The notes below the pieces were generated by a model. The model was given only the letters and a program-made list of their open reading frames with translations. It made no database searches and was not told the origin of the DNA. A stretch of DNA of 64,000 nucleotides from Amoebophrya sp. A120 (Eukaryota > Protista > Dinoflagellata), in contig CAJINV010000008.1 in assembly GCA_905178155.1 (NCBI GenBank), positions 2,170,001-2,234,000 of the forward strand. The letters are read 5' to 3'. Positions within the stretch are counted from its first letter, which is position 1. The number at the start of each line of letters is the position of its first letter. A program made the position numbers and the translations under genes. Positions 1 to 13,800 of this stretch are shown here, piece after piece.

Positions 1-14
1 TGCCGCAGTTTGCC

Positions 15-922
15 TTGGGTTCCTGCCCTTTGACCCCCAACTGCAACTTTCCTGACAACGGGTCGTGCGGCAACGCGTGCTGCTTTATGAGTTTCGCTTT
101 TCTGGGTTACGAACCCGGCGAGGTGAAAGACGCGATCTTCGAAAAGCTGGCCCCGCAAACCGCGGGCGGGCCGGACGGGGGCTACACTTTGCAGTACTTG
201 GACGGCGGCAGCTACGGGTTTACCAACTTCAGCTTCCCCGCCCCGGTGGACCAGACCCGCTATACTAAGATCGCCTTCATTGGACAAGCGTGGCACGAGA
301 CGGACGGCGCAATTTCAAAGCTGCAGCACAAGAAAATAATCACACGGTACAACGACATATCGAATACAAATGCAAAGCATCTTTAAATATCGATGTGGGC
401 GGTGCTCTGGAAAATAATTCGTCATGCCAAATTATTGTCGTGAATCAAGAAATACGGCTCTGGTGCTCGTGAAGTATGCTCCCAGAAGTTTTTTCTTGCA
501 CATCGGAAGCTACTAGTTCTTGCGTACTGTGTTTGCATCACAAACCAGTGCTGCCTAGCGGTGGCCTGATGTCGACGACAGGGTATATTTATTTTTCGTG
601 TCATCCGACCCAGTCGTGCAGGTTCCAGGTTTTCACGTACTTGCGCATTTGCAAAAATGCATATCACACCATGAACTTCCTGATTTACGTGGCGAACAAA
701 AAGTACGCTAAAGAGGTGGGCGAACGATTCGGCAAGACTACTACGGTGGTGCGGGTCACGTCCACATCGCAAATCGGCGGCGCGTACGGGGATTCTGGGC
801 AAAACTTTTGCAACATTATTACGCTGATGAACGCGGTGCCGCTGAAGCATTATCCCAAGAAAAATAGGTCGTCGGCCATCCCGTCGAACTTGCCGTTTTG
901 CGATCTTTTTTTGAGAACATGA
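15..922 (+). CDS. Probable exon fragments of an unidentified gene running in from the left edge
   Basis: ORFs 15-386 (Cys-rich, coding-like codon usage) and part of 476-922. Exon boundaries not resolved and no recognisable domain. Confidence 0.3.
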
Positions 923-1214
923 GCATGACTTTTTGTGGTGCCGGAATAACGTCAGGCCATGCATTGGGTGTACAGTCCATGCCTAGTTTGTCTCCTATTT
1001 TGGCATGGCAATGAAACTTGACGATTGGTGGAATAGCGGCGCGTTGTTTGTGCAAACGTACAGCGCCCACTTTTTAAACAAAATTTCTTGTAGTTGTGAA
1101 ATTTGTGCAATTTTTCTTCAACTGCAAATAGAAATTCCGATAGCGACAGGATTGTTTTCATTCGATTAGAGCCACGAAATCTCCACCGACCGGTACGGCT
1201 GCCCATTTTCCGCA

Positions 1215-1531
1215 TATGGACGGCTCAGCTGTCACAATCTCAAAAGTGACAATTTCTGATGCAAAACTCGGAAGATCCACTGTTTGTCACGGGATCTCCT
1301 GTCGGGATGCTTTTTTTGTGCGGCATTTTCATTGAACTAAAGATAAGTCGGAAAAATGCAAGCCGTGCGAAATAATCTTCTATCATGCGAAAAGTTCTTG
1401 AAGTGCACGGGTATTTCATTTCTGTTGCACTTGTGATGCGAAGCTGATGCTGAAGTGCAATTTCGACGGTCATGTGTACAACATGCGTCGCTTTTGATAT
1501 CTTTGTGAAGCCTTAGGCTGAGCAACTGATA
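1215..1531. mobile_element. Degenerate introner/MITE, family C
   Basis: Left end TATGGACGGCTCAGCTGTCACAATCTCAAAAG resembles the 24961 element; right end GCTGAGCAACTGATA. TSD decayed (CCGCA/CTGTG). Removal joins an upstream frame to ORF 1534-1740. Confidence 0.5.
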
Positions 1532-2169
1532 CTGTGCCATCAGAGGTTCTCTCTACGACAACTGGCGAGATGAACACGGTGGTGTTGAGCGAATCTGCAC
1601 AATCTCCAGCTAGTGCTACGGCGCCGGGCTGGGTGAGCGAAGAGGATTCAACATCCGCGGCGTATCACACAGAAAAAAGCTCCCAGGCCAAGATGTTTGT
1701 ATATGCAAAATATATACGCGCAACGTTCTCTCTTGCATAGCCCAACCGCCATGCTATTGGCCTGTATATGGCAGATTTTGTGCTTATTCATTTTCGCATC
1801 CAAAATTATGCCCTGGTAGCTTTTTGTTTTTTCTCTGGGATACGGCACGGCAGACGAGCACTTCTGCGCGAAATGTTGAAGGTCGCAGAAGGGCAGGAAA
1901 ACTACTACCCGAAGTTAGTACGCGTACTGCAGAACAAGTGTCCTCCTCATTATGCAAGGAAACGAACAAGAGTGAGTTTGCTAGTGTAACTGTTCTAGGG
2001 GTGGGTCCAGCATTATTTGATAGCCCGAACAAGGGTGCGAGCAGCCATTATTCATATGTAGTGAGGTCACCGAACGGTTCTAACCGGGGAGTTTTTTTGC
2101 CATCTACCGTGAAAAACGACCGGCATTTTTTAAGCGGCCCTGGATGACCTGGCACCGAATCGCCAGCGG

Positions 2170-2520
2170 ATTCTATCGATCGCCGCTGGGTAAAACGACG
2201 CAGGGGAGCCGGCAAAAGGGGCGCCCTTCTGAGGCGCCCACCGCCTTAGTTTCTGGCGGTTTGGGGCGCCCAAAAAGCAGCGCGAAAAAAACGCGCCCAA
2301 AATCAGAACAGCGAAACAGCATGGCACGGCCGCGATTTCGGAGCATTTTGGGCGGCCGCGAAAGCGGCCGCCTTTTCGCCGGTTTCAGAGCCTGGGAAGC
2401 TTTGCAAAAAGCGCCGGCGTGGAAAATAAAAACGCGAAAAAGAAAAAGCACCCCAAACGCGCAAAGCCAATCCGCATGCTATGGGCCCGATTTTTCTTCG
2501 CTTTTTGGGCGCCCCCCTTG
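2170..2520 (+). repeat. Dispersed GC-rich repeat, copy 1 (related to 50690-51030)
   Basis: Shared blocks CTATCGAT..AAAACGACGCA..CCGGCAAAAGGGG..TCTGAGGCGCCCACCGCCTT..GTTTCTGG and AAAGCCAATCCGCATG. Confidence 0.7.
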
Positions 2521-3963
2521 GCACCCGGATCGGCCCCATAGCATGGGGGCCGGCTTTCGGAGAGGGATTTTTTTCGGAGATTTTCCAAAATTTGCGACGT
2601 TTATCGAGCGGCCGCCATACCGTGCTGCCTAACGTTACTCGCGGCGGTATGGCGGCCCCAGAAAAAGCAAAGCCGCGGCCAAGGCGACGGCCGGCAAGAA
2701 AACGCCCACGACCTCACTACCTCCGCCCCGGCGGCTATATTTGGCACCATAGCTACCAACCATACCCCGACTGCAAAAGCGTATCATGCGGAGACGGTAC
2801 GCCAATGGCACCAATAAAGCGCGCTTGTAGTATGCTGGATGCTGTAACGCATTACCAGCATGACGGACGAAATTGCATTGCATGTTTCGACGCACCGCAA
2901 ACATGCAACATACAAGGTTTTCTTCATCTTGCATACTCCGTCTACAACGTGGAACCCGCGCCGCCGCCCGCGTCCCATATGGAAGTCGTTATCGTGTGCA
3001 TCGGTTTCGTATGCGACGCAAATATCTCTGGTTCTGGAAAGTTGTGCTGATGCTGATGCGTGGATAGCCAAGATGAAACCTCCATTCGTACAAAGTCACG
3101 CATGGCAAGCCGCGTCCTTTTTACATGACGAGCAAAGAAATGGCGCTGCATTGTCCCATGCGTGACAGGTTTTCTTTTTGACTCCTGCCAGCCAAGCATT
3201 ACTAAAGTAATGTTGCACTAATCTCTCCGTCCTGGACATGTTTGCGTTCGATACTTCGCCTCAATGGCGTCCCTGGTCCTGGTCTTCTACCGTAACTTCC
3301 AGGTCTTGTCCCCGGATTTGCAAACCGCTGCGCTGCTGGCGTGATAAGTAAAACAAAGCTGGCGCCCACGACACATATTTACTGCGCACCAGGAGGACGA
3401 TGAAACTACAACGTGCTGGCGTGGGACGACGTGCTGGCGCCCTTTTACTCTGATCGCAGAGGGGCACGAGCTTCCTAAAAAAAGTCAGCTCTTCGTTGTG
3501 TACCATATATGGAAAGTAAGGTGGCGAAAAAAGAAACGGAATGGACGAAAGCTTCTTTGCGAGCTTCGTTGCAGCTTTGACAAAGGCAAGTGTTGCTGTT
3601 GACAAAAGGCAGGACGTTGCTTCTGGTAGATTCTTGAACACCTGCTTTACGAACGGTTGAGTTCAGTTTTACTCACCGTGCGTTTCTTTTGTTCTTGAAA
3701 AACATTTTTGCAGAAGCCGAAGACTCTGTGCTGTTGTGGTGGTCGCGCAAGAAGAGTCAAACGGGCTGCTGCCGTGTTCACCGATCACTCTCTATTAATG
3801 GGAACAAGTGCTGTGTTTCGCGCACCTGTCCTGCAGGCTCCCTGTTCGTTCTTGCCAGTGCCGGAAAGTTTCGGTAGAGCTCTATGTTAGTACTTCACAC
3901 CAATTTAATACATGTTTTTGGAGGACGCGCTAGAAACGAGGGTAGGTACAGGTTTTACAACTT

Positions 3964-6315
3964 ATGTCCGCCGCTGCCGGCGGAAGCGGTGGCAGAAATG
4001 CCACCGCCCGCGGTCGAACCAGCAGAGCTTTACTACAAGCGGCACTGTTGCACTTGACGGACCTGCTGCGCACGCCAGCCGGGCATCAGTTTCCTACGGC
4101 CCGAGCTCTCATGGTGCGTCGCCGCGGCGATGACCTGCCGCTCGCCACCGAAGTCGAAACCGCGCATGAGCAGTTGGAGGAAAGCGGGGAGGCCGGTGCG
4201 AAAGCCGCGCGCACCGCAAACACGGTGGCGGCAGTGTTGAAAATCAAACAGCATTTGAACGAGCTGGCAACCATCACGAAAGCCACCGAAAAACAGGCAG
4301 TGGACATGGCGCACAGAATATGCTCCGTGGTCGCGCATCTACTTAAGCTGCACCCTGCTCAGTATCTCGAGTCAGTACCTACACGTCGGGCTGGAGTTGT
4401 ATGTTTTCTTTGTAGTTTCAAGTACTACGAGCCATACAATTTCTAACTTACTTACGATGAAGGTCGAAATCATGCAGAGATGGAGATCGCGGAAAGAAGG
4501 AGAAACAGTCGCGCCACAGTGGTGGAGCGGCTCCAATTCCCTTGTAAATGGAGTGCGCAGGAGGTGAAGTTGTGGGGGACAAATAGATTCTTACGCAAGC
4601 AGGCTTTGTTCGCTTTTTCATACGGGGCGGACAGCGCTGGAAGTGTTGAGGTGGAGATGGTCGCACAAAGAAACCGGGCTGCAACGGCGCTTGACACAAC
4701 GGTCGCGACGCTGCGTGCGTTCAAAAAAAAAGCAGCACAGCTCGTGGCGACGGCGGAATCCGGGGCAGAACAGACGGTGACGAAGAAGGAGGAGCCCACT
4801 GTACAGGGGCTTCAGCAGTGGAAGCTCCAGGTCCTGCACGATCCTGCTCGCGAGGCCCAGTTCGCCTTCTTTACAGCGAGCAAACCCTACAAACAGGCCG
4901 GGGAGTTGGTCGCCGCCGCAGTGGGAAAGCTGCGGGCCAAGGCGGCGGCCGCAGATCGCGAAGCCTTCGCGGTCCGGGAAGTATGAGAGTGCACAGCTAC
5001 TTCTCCTCTCCCTCATTTGTCGTACACAGCACCGAGTCTACCCGTTGCCGCTTGGCACTGCTTGCGTGACAAGTTGCGGAAGCCGAAATAGCACTGAGAG
5101 TCGGTCGTCGATTTGTCATACAGCAGTTTAATAAGCTGCATGATTACTTACTACAGATACTTTCCAAACAAGCTAACGTTGCTCTGAATGCCATCCAAAT
5201 GAGGGGGTGGGGAAGTTGCGCATACTTATAGGAACAAGCAAGCAGCTATGGAAAGACAGCGGGGCAGCGTACCTAATTATGTTGTGCAATACGTCAATCG
5301 GAAGATGTGATCGTCGTGTGACGAAGATGCCTTGTGCGAGAATAATCATGTATGCGAATACGAATGTGAATTAGAATTTGTGCTCCTAGTACCAGCACTA
5401 GCTATGTAGCTTTTTGTTGAAGAAATGAAATGTTGCGTCGAGATAGAAAAAGCCTATCCTTCCGTCTCTTCAGGAATCCACCCCTTTCTCCGCAACACGG
5501 ACGTTGCGCAAGTCCGGCAGCTTCAGGCGAAGGCGGACGCTTTGTCGCTAAAGGGGAACAAGTATGCCACGGAAGCGGACAAGTTTGCGCTGCTTATCCC
5601 GAAGTACGCACAGGCAGCGGACTGGGTCGGGGCGGAGGCCTATCGTAAGGAAAGATCCCCCCTCCCATATTGAAAACGTATCCGTCTGAAAATTTGTGAT
5701 GCGCATTTGTGACCTCAAATCCTGTCTGTCTTGCAAGAAGGCAAATCCAGAGAGCGCCCCGCATTTTGCAGGCGGTTTGTGATGCTGTTGGGCTTAGGGC
5801 ATACACGTTGGCCATGCTAGGCGCCTACGTCAAAACCTCCCGACTGAGGCTTGACATATGTCTGCAGTCCTCTACTTTAAGACAAATCTGATTTGTGTAC
5901 GGAAATCCAGCATCAGAAACTTCGTTTCGATATGGGGAAGGGGGATTTTTCCTCACGATAAGACCGCACAACGGATTGACCCGACGGTGGTGCTACCACC
6001 CTTCACGTACTATCAAATGTAAAAATGTCTGGGTCTGGAAACTTGTGATGCTGGGTGGCGTCTCATGATGAGGCCACAAGTGCTGGCTCAGCATGACAAG
6101 TTTCTGAGCTTCTAGGTGTTGCCTATTCTGCATGACAAACTGCGTTTCTGCATCACAGAAAAGTGGACCTCTTTGGTAACGTGCGTGACAGATTTCAGAG
6201 TCATGCCAGACAAGCATGACAAACATGCATTCTTCCAGACCCAGACATTTTTGCACTTGATACGTACGCTCTGCCCCCGATCGGCGGGGACCTGCAACTG
6301 CCGGGTGACGAGTGA
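3964..6315 (+). CDS. Multi-exon hypothetical protein, Ala/Lys/Glu-rich; 3' exons split by two introners
   Basis: ORFs 3964-4446, 4480-4986 and 5425-5673. Removing 5641-5960 and 6011-6262 (each plus one TSD) gives ...WVGAE(A/T)AQRIDPTVVLPPFTYALPPIGGDLQLPGDE* ending at TGA 6313-6315. Upstream introns not resolved. Confidence 0.55.
5641..5960. mobile_element. Introner family A (about 320 bp), forward orientation
   Basis: TIR TATCGTAAGGAAAGATCCCCCCTCCCATAT / ATATGGGGAAGGGGGATTTTTCCTCACGATA; TSD AGGCC/AGACC; near-identical reverse complement at 57913-58233. Confidence 0.9.
6011..6262. mobile_element. Introner family B (about 250 bp)
   Basis: TIR TATCAAATGTAAAAATGTCTGGGTCTGGAA / TTCCAGACCCAGACATTTTTGCACTTGATA; perfect TSD CGTAC; removal restores the frame. 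Confidence 0.9.
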
Positions 6316-7813
6316 AGATGCAGCTGCTTGTTTGAAGAGAGATTCGATCTCGAATCTCTCTTCCAGACTGGAAGTACACAAGGCGACACTTCTAGTAGAG
6401 CGACAACTGCGAGTAGATGAACTCATGTTGATTTACGGTCCTCATGTGGTCCGTGTGCAACAAGCAAAGCGTCCGTGGAGAACAGCAGACAATAACTACA
6501 ACAAGATGTCCCGTCGCGTTCGATACTTACGATCTTTGTTTTCACGATTATAGATGTACGCTCCTTGAACTCGAAAAAATAATTTTTTCCGCCGGTCTTG
6601 ACCGGTTCTTAGATTTAGATCGGAGCTGACGAAGATCCTGGATCTTCACGGATCTAGTTTATTATTACACTGGGCGGAAGACCACGTACACGTTGCCCTT
6701 GCCGCAAGCGCATAGTCCTGCACGAGAGTCGGCGGGTCGATCCATCGGCCCAGTGCAATCGATTCGGCCATTGTTTCTGTGTGAATGCTACTTATGCCGA
6801 TTGGTTCTGCGAGTTAAAAATATTGTTCGCGTCACCAAGAGAAGAGGCACGCATAATGTGGTCAAGGCCCGCTTCAGACGTTGTGGCTACCTAGTTGTAA
6901 GTACTAAGTAGCCAGATGTGGTGGAAACGACCTATGAGTCGTTTCTTTCGGTGTGGTCTCACGATAGCTTGATGAAATTCGTTCGGTTTCGAGAATATAA
7001 GAATGTCTAGGTCGGTTGCCGCATTGATTTGAGAGTAAGTACCGTAAAGCGCACATCAGAGAAAAGGCTGCGTCATGTCTTGCTGAACGTCATGAGTAGG
7101 AAGTACCATCATTGTAAATAGAGTAGCTATGACCATCGATGGAAACGCGAAGCGGAAAGCAACTGTCACACTGCCGTTGGTCAAGGAAAAAAGTAGTGCT
7201 GGTTTTCAAGTACTGCCTCCACACCAGACACGACCTTTTTTGGAGGACTTTTGTCCGTGAATAAAGCTGCGCTTGATTTTGACTCGTAGACTCAGAATCC
7301 ATTCTGACAGAAGATTCCAGAACCTGTGGACAAGAAATAAGTAGCAAAGTCCGTCCCTAGCAAGGGAATTCGATGGCACTAGTACCATTTTTGGGGGAGC
7401 ACAAAAGAAATCGTTAGTATCGTAGTCGATGGAGCAGTGCAGAGGCTTTTCTTCTTTGAGTTTTATTTCAAAAAAAATCAAAGTAAGAATTTCTTACAAT
7501 GCTTCTTACTAAGAAAAGCGAGCGCGTGAGTCTGAACGGGATAACGATAAATTGGTTTAGGACTGGATGATTGACTACATCTGCAACAGAGGAGGTGTGC
7601 TTTTAGCTTCTGTAGCCATCCGAAGTATCGGAGAAACAGCATAGGTACGTATCTATGGAAACCGACTGAGGGGGACCTTTTACGGGTGAGTCTCAAGCTG
7701 AGCAAGAACGCTCTTGACTTTTATTGCGTTGATGAAGTAAAAAGTCGCTAAAACGTTTTCTCATCTTAAATCTACGTTGTTTTGTTTTTTCCACCTCGTA
7801 GGCCACTTTCTTT

Positions 7814-10800
7814 ATGAGAAAAGGAAACGAAGGCGAACACATGCTGACTGAGGCTGCAGACAAGGCGCTGCCACTACTGCAGCAGGGTGGCGAGAACACG
7901 TTAAATGCGGTCAATAAGCTCGTCCAGCAGGGGCCGAAGGGTGTCTCGATAACAAAACAAAAAGAGTCGCTCCCACCCGTCCAGAATGGAGACATGCTTG
8001 TCATGCAAGAGGACCCCGCAAGCGAACATAGATAGGCTAGAGAAGCTGCAGAAGTTCGTGTGTATAAATATAGAAAATATCTTGCAAAATAAATTATCTT
8101 CATCGTGGGGGGGTCACTACTGTCGGTGTTGGGTTTGTGAATATGATATGTGTCGTATGCAGAGCGCTGAATTGCCACTGCGTCTGCGACGTCCGCACGC
8201 ATTCATAAATAGACACGCGCATACCTATTTTCATGTTCATCTGGATCTTTGGAGAACTTCACTCGTTTGATCAAAGTAGTTGAGCGTGCTTCTATTGATG
8301 TGAACGTCGGGGGCGACCTCGTTAGATATATTTTTTTCTCCTCGGGTGAGGACGCGAACGGTTTCAGTTTCATATCCCAAGCTCGCCTTCCTGTGCGGAT
8401 TGATTACGGCGCTGGTCGGGTTACTAGAGGTTGTGCTCACCGTGCTCAGCCCGCTTTCCATCATATTTCGCCCCTTCCATCTGGTACTATAGCAGCGTTT
8501 GTTTCAGGATGTATTTGCTCGTGGTAAGCACTGTTCCTACCGTGGTCAAGGACGTGATATTTTTGCGAGTTATAGTTAGCCCCCGAGCCAACTTTTTGGC
8601 AGGCATAATCCGTTGATAGATTCGACATTCCCAGCGTACTTCTCAATCACTATGTCCTCTTTCAGAGTTGTATTTCACTTTGAGATCACCATGTGTCCTG
8701 AGATGTCTGGTGACATCTCATCATCATCGTCATCAGTCATTTATCCTGCAGTTGGGGGCATCCGAGAAAGATGAAAATTCACTCCAGGTGCTCAGCCTGT
8801 ACATCATTTTTTTTGGCCTGACCGCCGTTATACTCGAGTGCGACGCGGACTACGCATTGGAACAAAGAGATGAATCTGGATTCAGGCTGGGAAGAAAGAT
8901 TCTAGGATTCTACTCAGAGCTGGCGCTGGAGGCTAAGATGCATGGAGAAGTAGCCACTTCTGAATGCAGCAATTTATTAACGCGACAGTATGAATTGTTT
9001 GGCATGGAAATCTGGAAATTCGCTGGCTAGTGGGACGACGAAGATACAGGAACCCTTGTGCTGTATTGTGGTGGCATTTCCTGAGACAAGGCATCCTCGT
9101 ACAAACGCAAGTAGTATACTCAGGAATTAACTTTCCTGCCCCTGAAGACAAATGCTTGCAGTCCATATAAGCTGGCTTGCGACAATGAAATATCCAAGGG
9201 AAATGCGTTATATTTTGTGTAATTTTGATGCTGCAGAGCACAGACTCAGAGGCGACATCATGATCATGCTAAGAATGTGCGTTGCGCATTTCGCACGGGA
9301 ACAATAGAGCACACTTGGAAGTTTTCGTAATTTGACGGACTCTGTTATTTGATTATTAGAAGTGTTGCAGTAATTCTACAGTGCTTATTTTCCAGCAGTT
9401 TCATCTTTGTTAGCCATTTCGACATCGTTTTTTTCTCTTGGATATGGAATATGTCATGCAAATACGTCCGGGTCTGGAACTGGATTTGTGATGGAAGTAG
9501 ATTTGTTGTTCATGCACCGCAGCCAGTGTGTGTGTGAGTGTGGTGCTGGTGAGTTTCCTTCGTGATGATATTGGCAGTTTGTCGTGCGGTGTGCGAACGA
9601 ACTCAACTGGCAATAAAGTCTCGCAAAACTCGCCGTGCTGGACTGCCCTACAAGAGATTATTCTGTGATGCAAGGATCAGTAACGCGATCGAATCAGAAA
9701 TCAGCATCTGCATCTTCCAGGCCCAGACATGTTTACAGTGGATATAAGATATTGGCCCCTGGTGCAGTTCTACGTTCCGGACGCGATCGAAAAACTGGGA
9801 GAATACCAAAAGATAGTCTTTCACCGTGCCATATTATCCAAGAAAAAGGCTGTGTTGCCATCAATCTTTGAAGCAGGAGATGTCAAAAAGTGAAGCCTTG
9901 AGGAGCTTCACCCTGACTTGTCATGCGAGAAATGCGCACCAGCCAGCCTCACATCGTGGTAAGTTTCATGTACTTACTTTAAAAACAAAATTGTAGACGG
10001 GGCGCAGCCACTGCCACACAGTCTGTGATATGCTCATGCTCTCACGCTTTTAAGCGATAGCACAGCTTTTTTCGCTGAATAGACATCCTGCTGTGTAAAA
10101 ACGATCTGAGTCGCATCCCGGAATTACGGCTTGAGGAGAAGCAGTTCTGTAATCTGCTATGCGAAAAGGAGAGGAAAAGCGGCCTGCGTCATATAATTAC
10201 GCACGATGGCTGTTTTGGCGAAGCATGGAGCGGAGTCCGTGTTGTTAAGATAATTTTATGCTCTTGGTCGCTGCATGAATTTTCCTGAAATCGGGAATTA
10301 TGGTATGTGAACTGCTCGTGAAATAAATACACTACGGCCCTGCAACTTGCCAACTTCGTTTTGTATCGGCCGACTTCATCAAGCACGGCGTTGCTATACT
10401 ACGCAAGGTTCTAGCGCCAAACCCAAGCGTGGCGTCGCGGAATCGTTTTTACACAGGAAATTGCAATATCCTCACAGACGTCTATGGGCGTGCGGCTTTT
10501 TACGGCTTCGTCGGAATCTATGGTAGTGGCAGGCGGGGAACCATTAAAATGCAAATGGCTTGTTTTACACGAGATGCGATGCCGACAGCGAGCGTGTCTT
10601 TGTATTGCATAATTGCATTATAAGATGCAAGTGCAAGTAGCATGGTCGAGGATTGCGAGGCCGGTTGGAGTGAAGAGCAGGGGTGCTGACAGGTGCAGTC
10701 CTGTTTGCCCAAAACAGTGCAGCAGCCTGCCCTTTGTCCTTAGATAGTACTCAGAGAATAATTTTCCATGCGCCGCTCAGAACATCAAATATGTACCCGG

Positions 10801-13800
10801 CGCATTCGGTGATGGTGTCGACATCAGCATGCATCATGAAGACTTAGTTTATTCTTTGTCATTGATTAAGTTATTTCATCTCCATCCCCGTCATGTTGAT
10901 GTTTTCCCACCTGAGACAGCCATAGGAGCCTGTGTGGCACGCAATGCTTTCTATGTCCGTTCTTTCTGGTAACTGGAAGACTCCTGAGGTTCCCTTTTTG
11001 ACGCCCGGCTTTGGATCAGTCTGGCTTATTTTTGAGGATCTAGCTCGTCCCGGCGCTTCTCGTTATGTATGATACATATTTGGTGGAGGTGGATGCGAGA
11101 TCATGATGATGATCGCATTGCACAATGAGAAGCAAGTAGTTGATCTACTTCCCGTACATGATGATGATGTAGTAGGCCAAAAAAAAAAAACTTTGAAATT
11201 CGTAGGAGCTATGATCCTCACAATTTCGTTCGAAGGGAAATATCGTACTATCACTCCCCCTTCTATAACTCCTATTGCTGAGCGGGGGCAGTTAAAATTT
11301 CGCGCCGGGAAAGAAAATCGCCCACGTCGAAAATTTTTTGACACTTTTCAAACTTTGCAAGAACACTCAGAATGCAAATAACCTACTTAGGTTGATCCGC
11401 CTACTAGTATCCACGTCACTTGAGTTCATTGGGGTACAAAGTTCAAAGGTTCACAAATCAGGCTAAGCCGGGCACATTCGTCACGACTGTGCCGGTTATT
11501 TCTGTCACCTCTCTCTTGATCGACTTCATGGATTCATGCTGATTTGCTTGGATCTTGGCGGTGGATCAACTGAGATGTGGGTCATTTGATCCCTATGCCT
11601 ACATTCCCCCACACGGCTAACCAGTGTGCCCCTACATTCCCCCACAAGTGAAGAATGTGGAATTTGGCCCACGGATAGACGCAGAGGACAAAGTAAACTG
11701 GGTCACCACCAAACTCACACTTGAGCCATTTAGCCAACCAAGACCACACCCCAAAGAATAGGCAGAGCGTTGTGAATGCTTACCCCCGAAGCAAACTCAA
11801 CTTCAGAAGCACAAAAACCCCCGAAGCTACTCTGCTAGCCCCTAGAAAGCGGAAATCAACGCGCGATCTACGTTGGAGGAAAACACTCCGAGCACCCTAT
11901 ATCCCACTCCGCAGTCCGGGATAACCTCAATTCTCGCAGGAGAAGGATCAAGCTAGCACAGCAGCCGAATACAGTGCAGCGACTCCATCCTTTTTCTCCG
12001 GTAAGGGTTCGCGAGATAGTGCGAAAAAGCACAGAAGAGGACTTGCCATCGGCTTAGTCAACGCACGGATCAGCTTTGTTCTTGTCCGTTGGAACGTGTG
12101 CGATGTTTTCCATATGCTCTTTTACCTCATGCCATCGCAGAAGAAAGTGCTTAGTCTTCTTCGTAGGCTGGCAAACTGGATTTCGCTACTTCTATCGCGG
12201 ACTTGTAGTCAGTGAATAGAATCCCGGGTAGTTCTTGATTTTCATCAAGCCACTCCAAGAAGCCCTGGCTTTGCGTTAGTTTCAGCGTATCAAGCAAAGC
12301 TATATACTCACTTTCGCAGGTACTGTAAGCCCTCAAGGTTTGACGCTTGGAAGACCAACAGATAGGCATACCACGAAAGTGCAGGATAGAACCACTACTA
12401 CTTCGCAAGGTCACGGAGCAACCAGCGAAATCAGCATCAGAAAACGCAACAAGGTCCGGCAAAGACTTCTTGGAGCCCTGCGCTTCAAGGACTTTGCGAT
12501 AAGTTTCCCGAAACTCAGCTTCACGCTGAGGCGTGTAGCACAACCCCTGGCCCTTGGTTTGCAAGAGATAACGGGCAATCCTCTTGGCTGCCGTAATAAC
12601 GGACGCCGCTGGTTTGTTTTGAGCCCTCGCAACCCGATTTATGGCGAAAACCACATCAGGGCGGCACATCGTTCCGATGTATTGAAGCCCACCGGGGATA
12701 CTCAGGCACGAGCTTCCCTTACCCTTCCTCAAGGTCAGCATACACGCAAGGAGTTGCAAGCGGTCTACCTTCCTGCGTGTCAAACTTCTTGGCAACCAAG
12801 TTTAGCAATAGCTTCCTCTAAATCCAAAGTGAGGCATCGCTTCTCGCGATTGTAAAGCATACGCACACCCAAGATGTCCCTTTCATGTAGTGGACCATGA
12901 ACAATTGGAGGAATCATCAATCTTGCCACTGAATCTGTCAAGAATTCGCGCGCAAGCAGCTACGCGCTCTTGTTGATCTGGGCCAGTGATAAAAAAAACT
13001 ATCATCGACATAGATCGCCAAGGTGAGCTTGCCCCTCTTGAACAGACCAGGCTCTTGCGGTGATCGCTTCCAGCCATCACTGAGCAAATATCTCGAGTAG
13101 CAGTCATACCACTTTCGAGGTGCACACCGCAGGCCGTAGAGAGATTTTAACAATCTAACACGGTCCCCGCCTGGATCAGCACTCCAATGCTGTGGAAGTC
13201 TGACGAAAACTCGATCAGAATCTTCAAGGGTCGATCTGATAAAAGCGTTGGAAGTGTCAAAGTCCTCAACAAATTTCCCCGATGCCGCAGCATCTACAAG
13301 CAAGGAACGGGTAGCAGCGTGCGAGACAGTGGGAGAAAAGATCTCAGCTTTCATCACTTTGGTTTGCCTGTTACCAAGCGCAACCAAGCGAGCTTTGTAC
13401 TTTCCGCACCTCTTCCGGGTGTATATCACCACCGCAGGAACTATTTCATCCTGGTCAGTGAACTCACCATCTTCAAGCGGTCGCCAGCACTTAAGCACTT
13501 CCAGCTGCGTACGCTCTAGCGTATCAGCTTCCAACCACTTGGCGGCATCTGGCCCCTCAAATGCCTCTTTCCTTGTAACTTGTATGGTCCAACAAACTGC
13601 GTCACCATCCTTGGTTCTGGACTTTTCTGAAACCTGAATAAAAGGACTGAGCCAAATCCCAGTCGAGAATTGCCCCCGCACCATTTCCAGCTGCAGCCGC
13701 TTCCGGATTTTCATCCTTAGACGGGCCCCCAATGGGCCTAACAATATCCGAAGCGGTTTTGTCCTGCTTGGATTTCCGTCCAGGCTTTCGCCAATGTGGA

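Noticed and set aside
5641-6262. Tc1/mariner-type TA target duplication for the MITEs
   Set aside because: TA is part of the TAT/ATA termini. Removal under a TA model breaks the frame, and 5-bp flanking repeats are consistently present.
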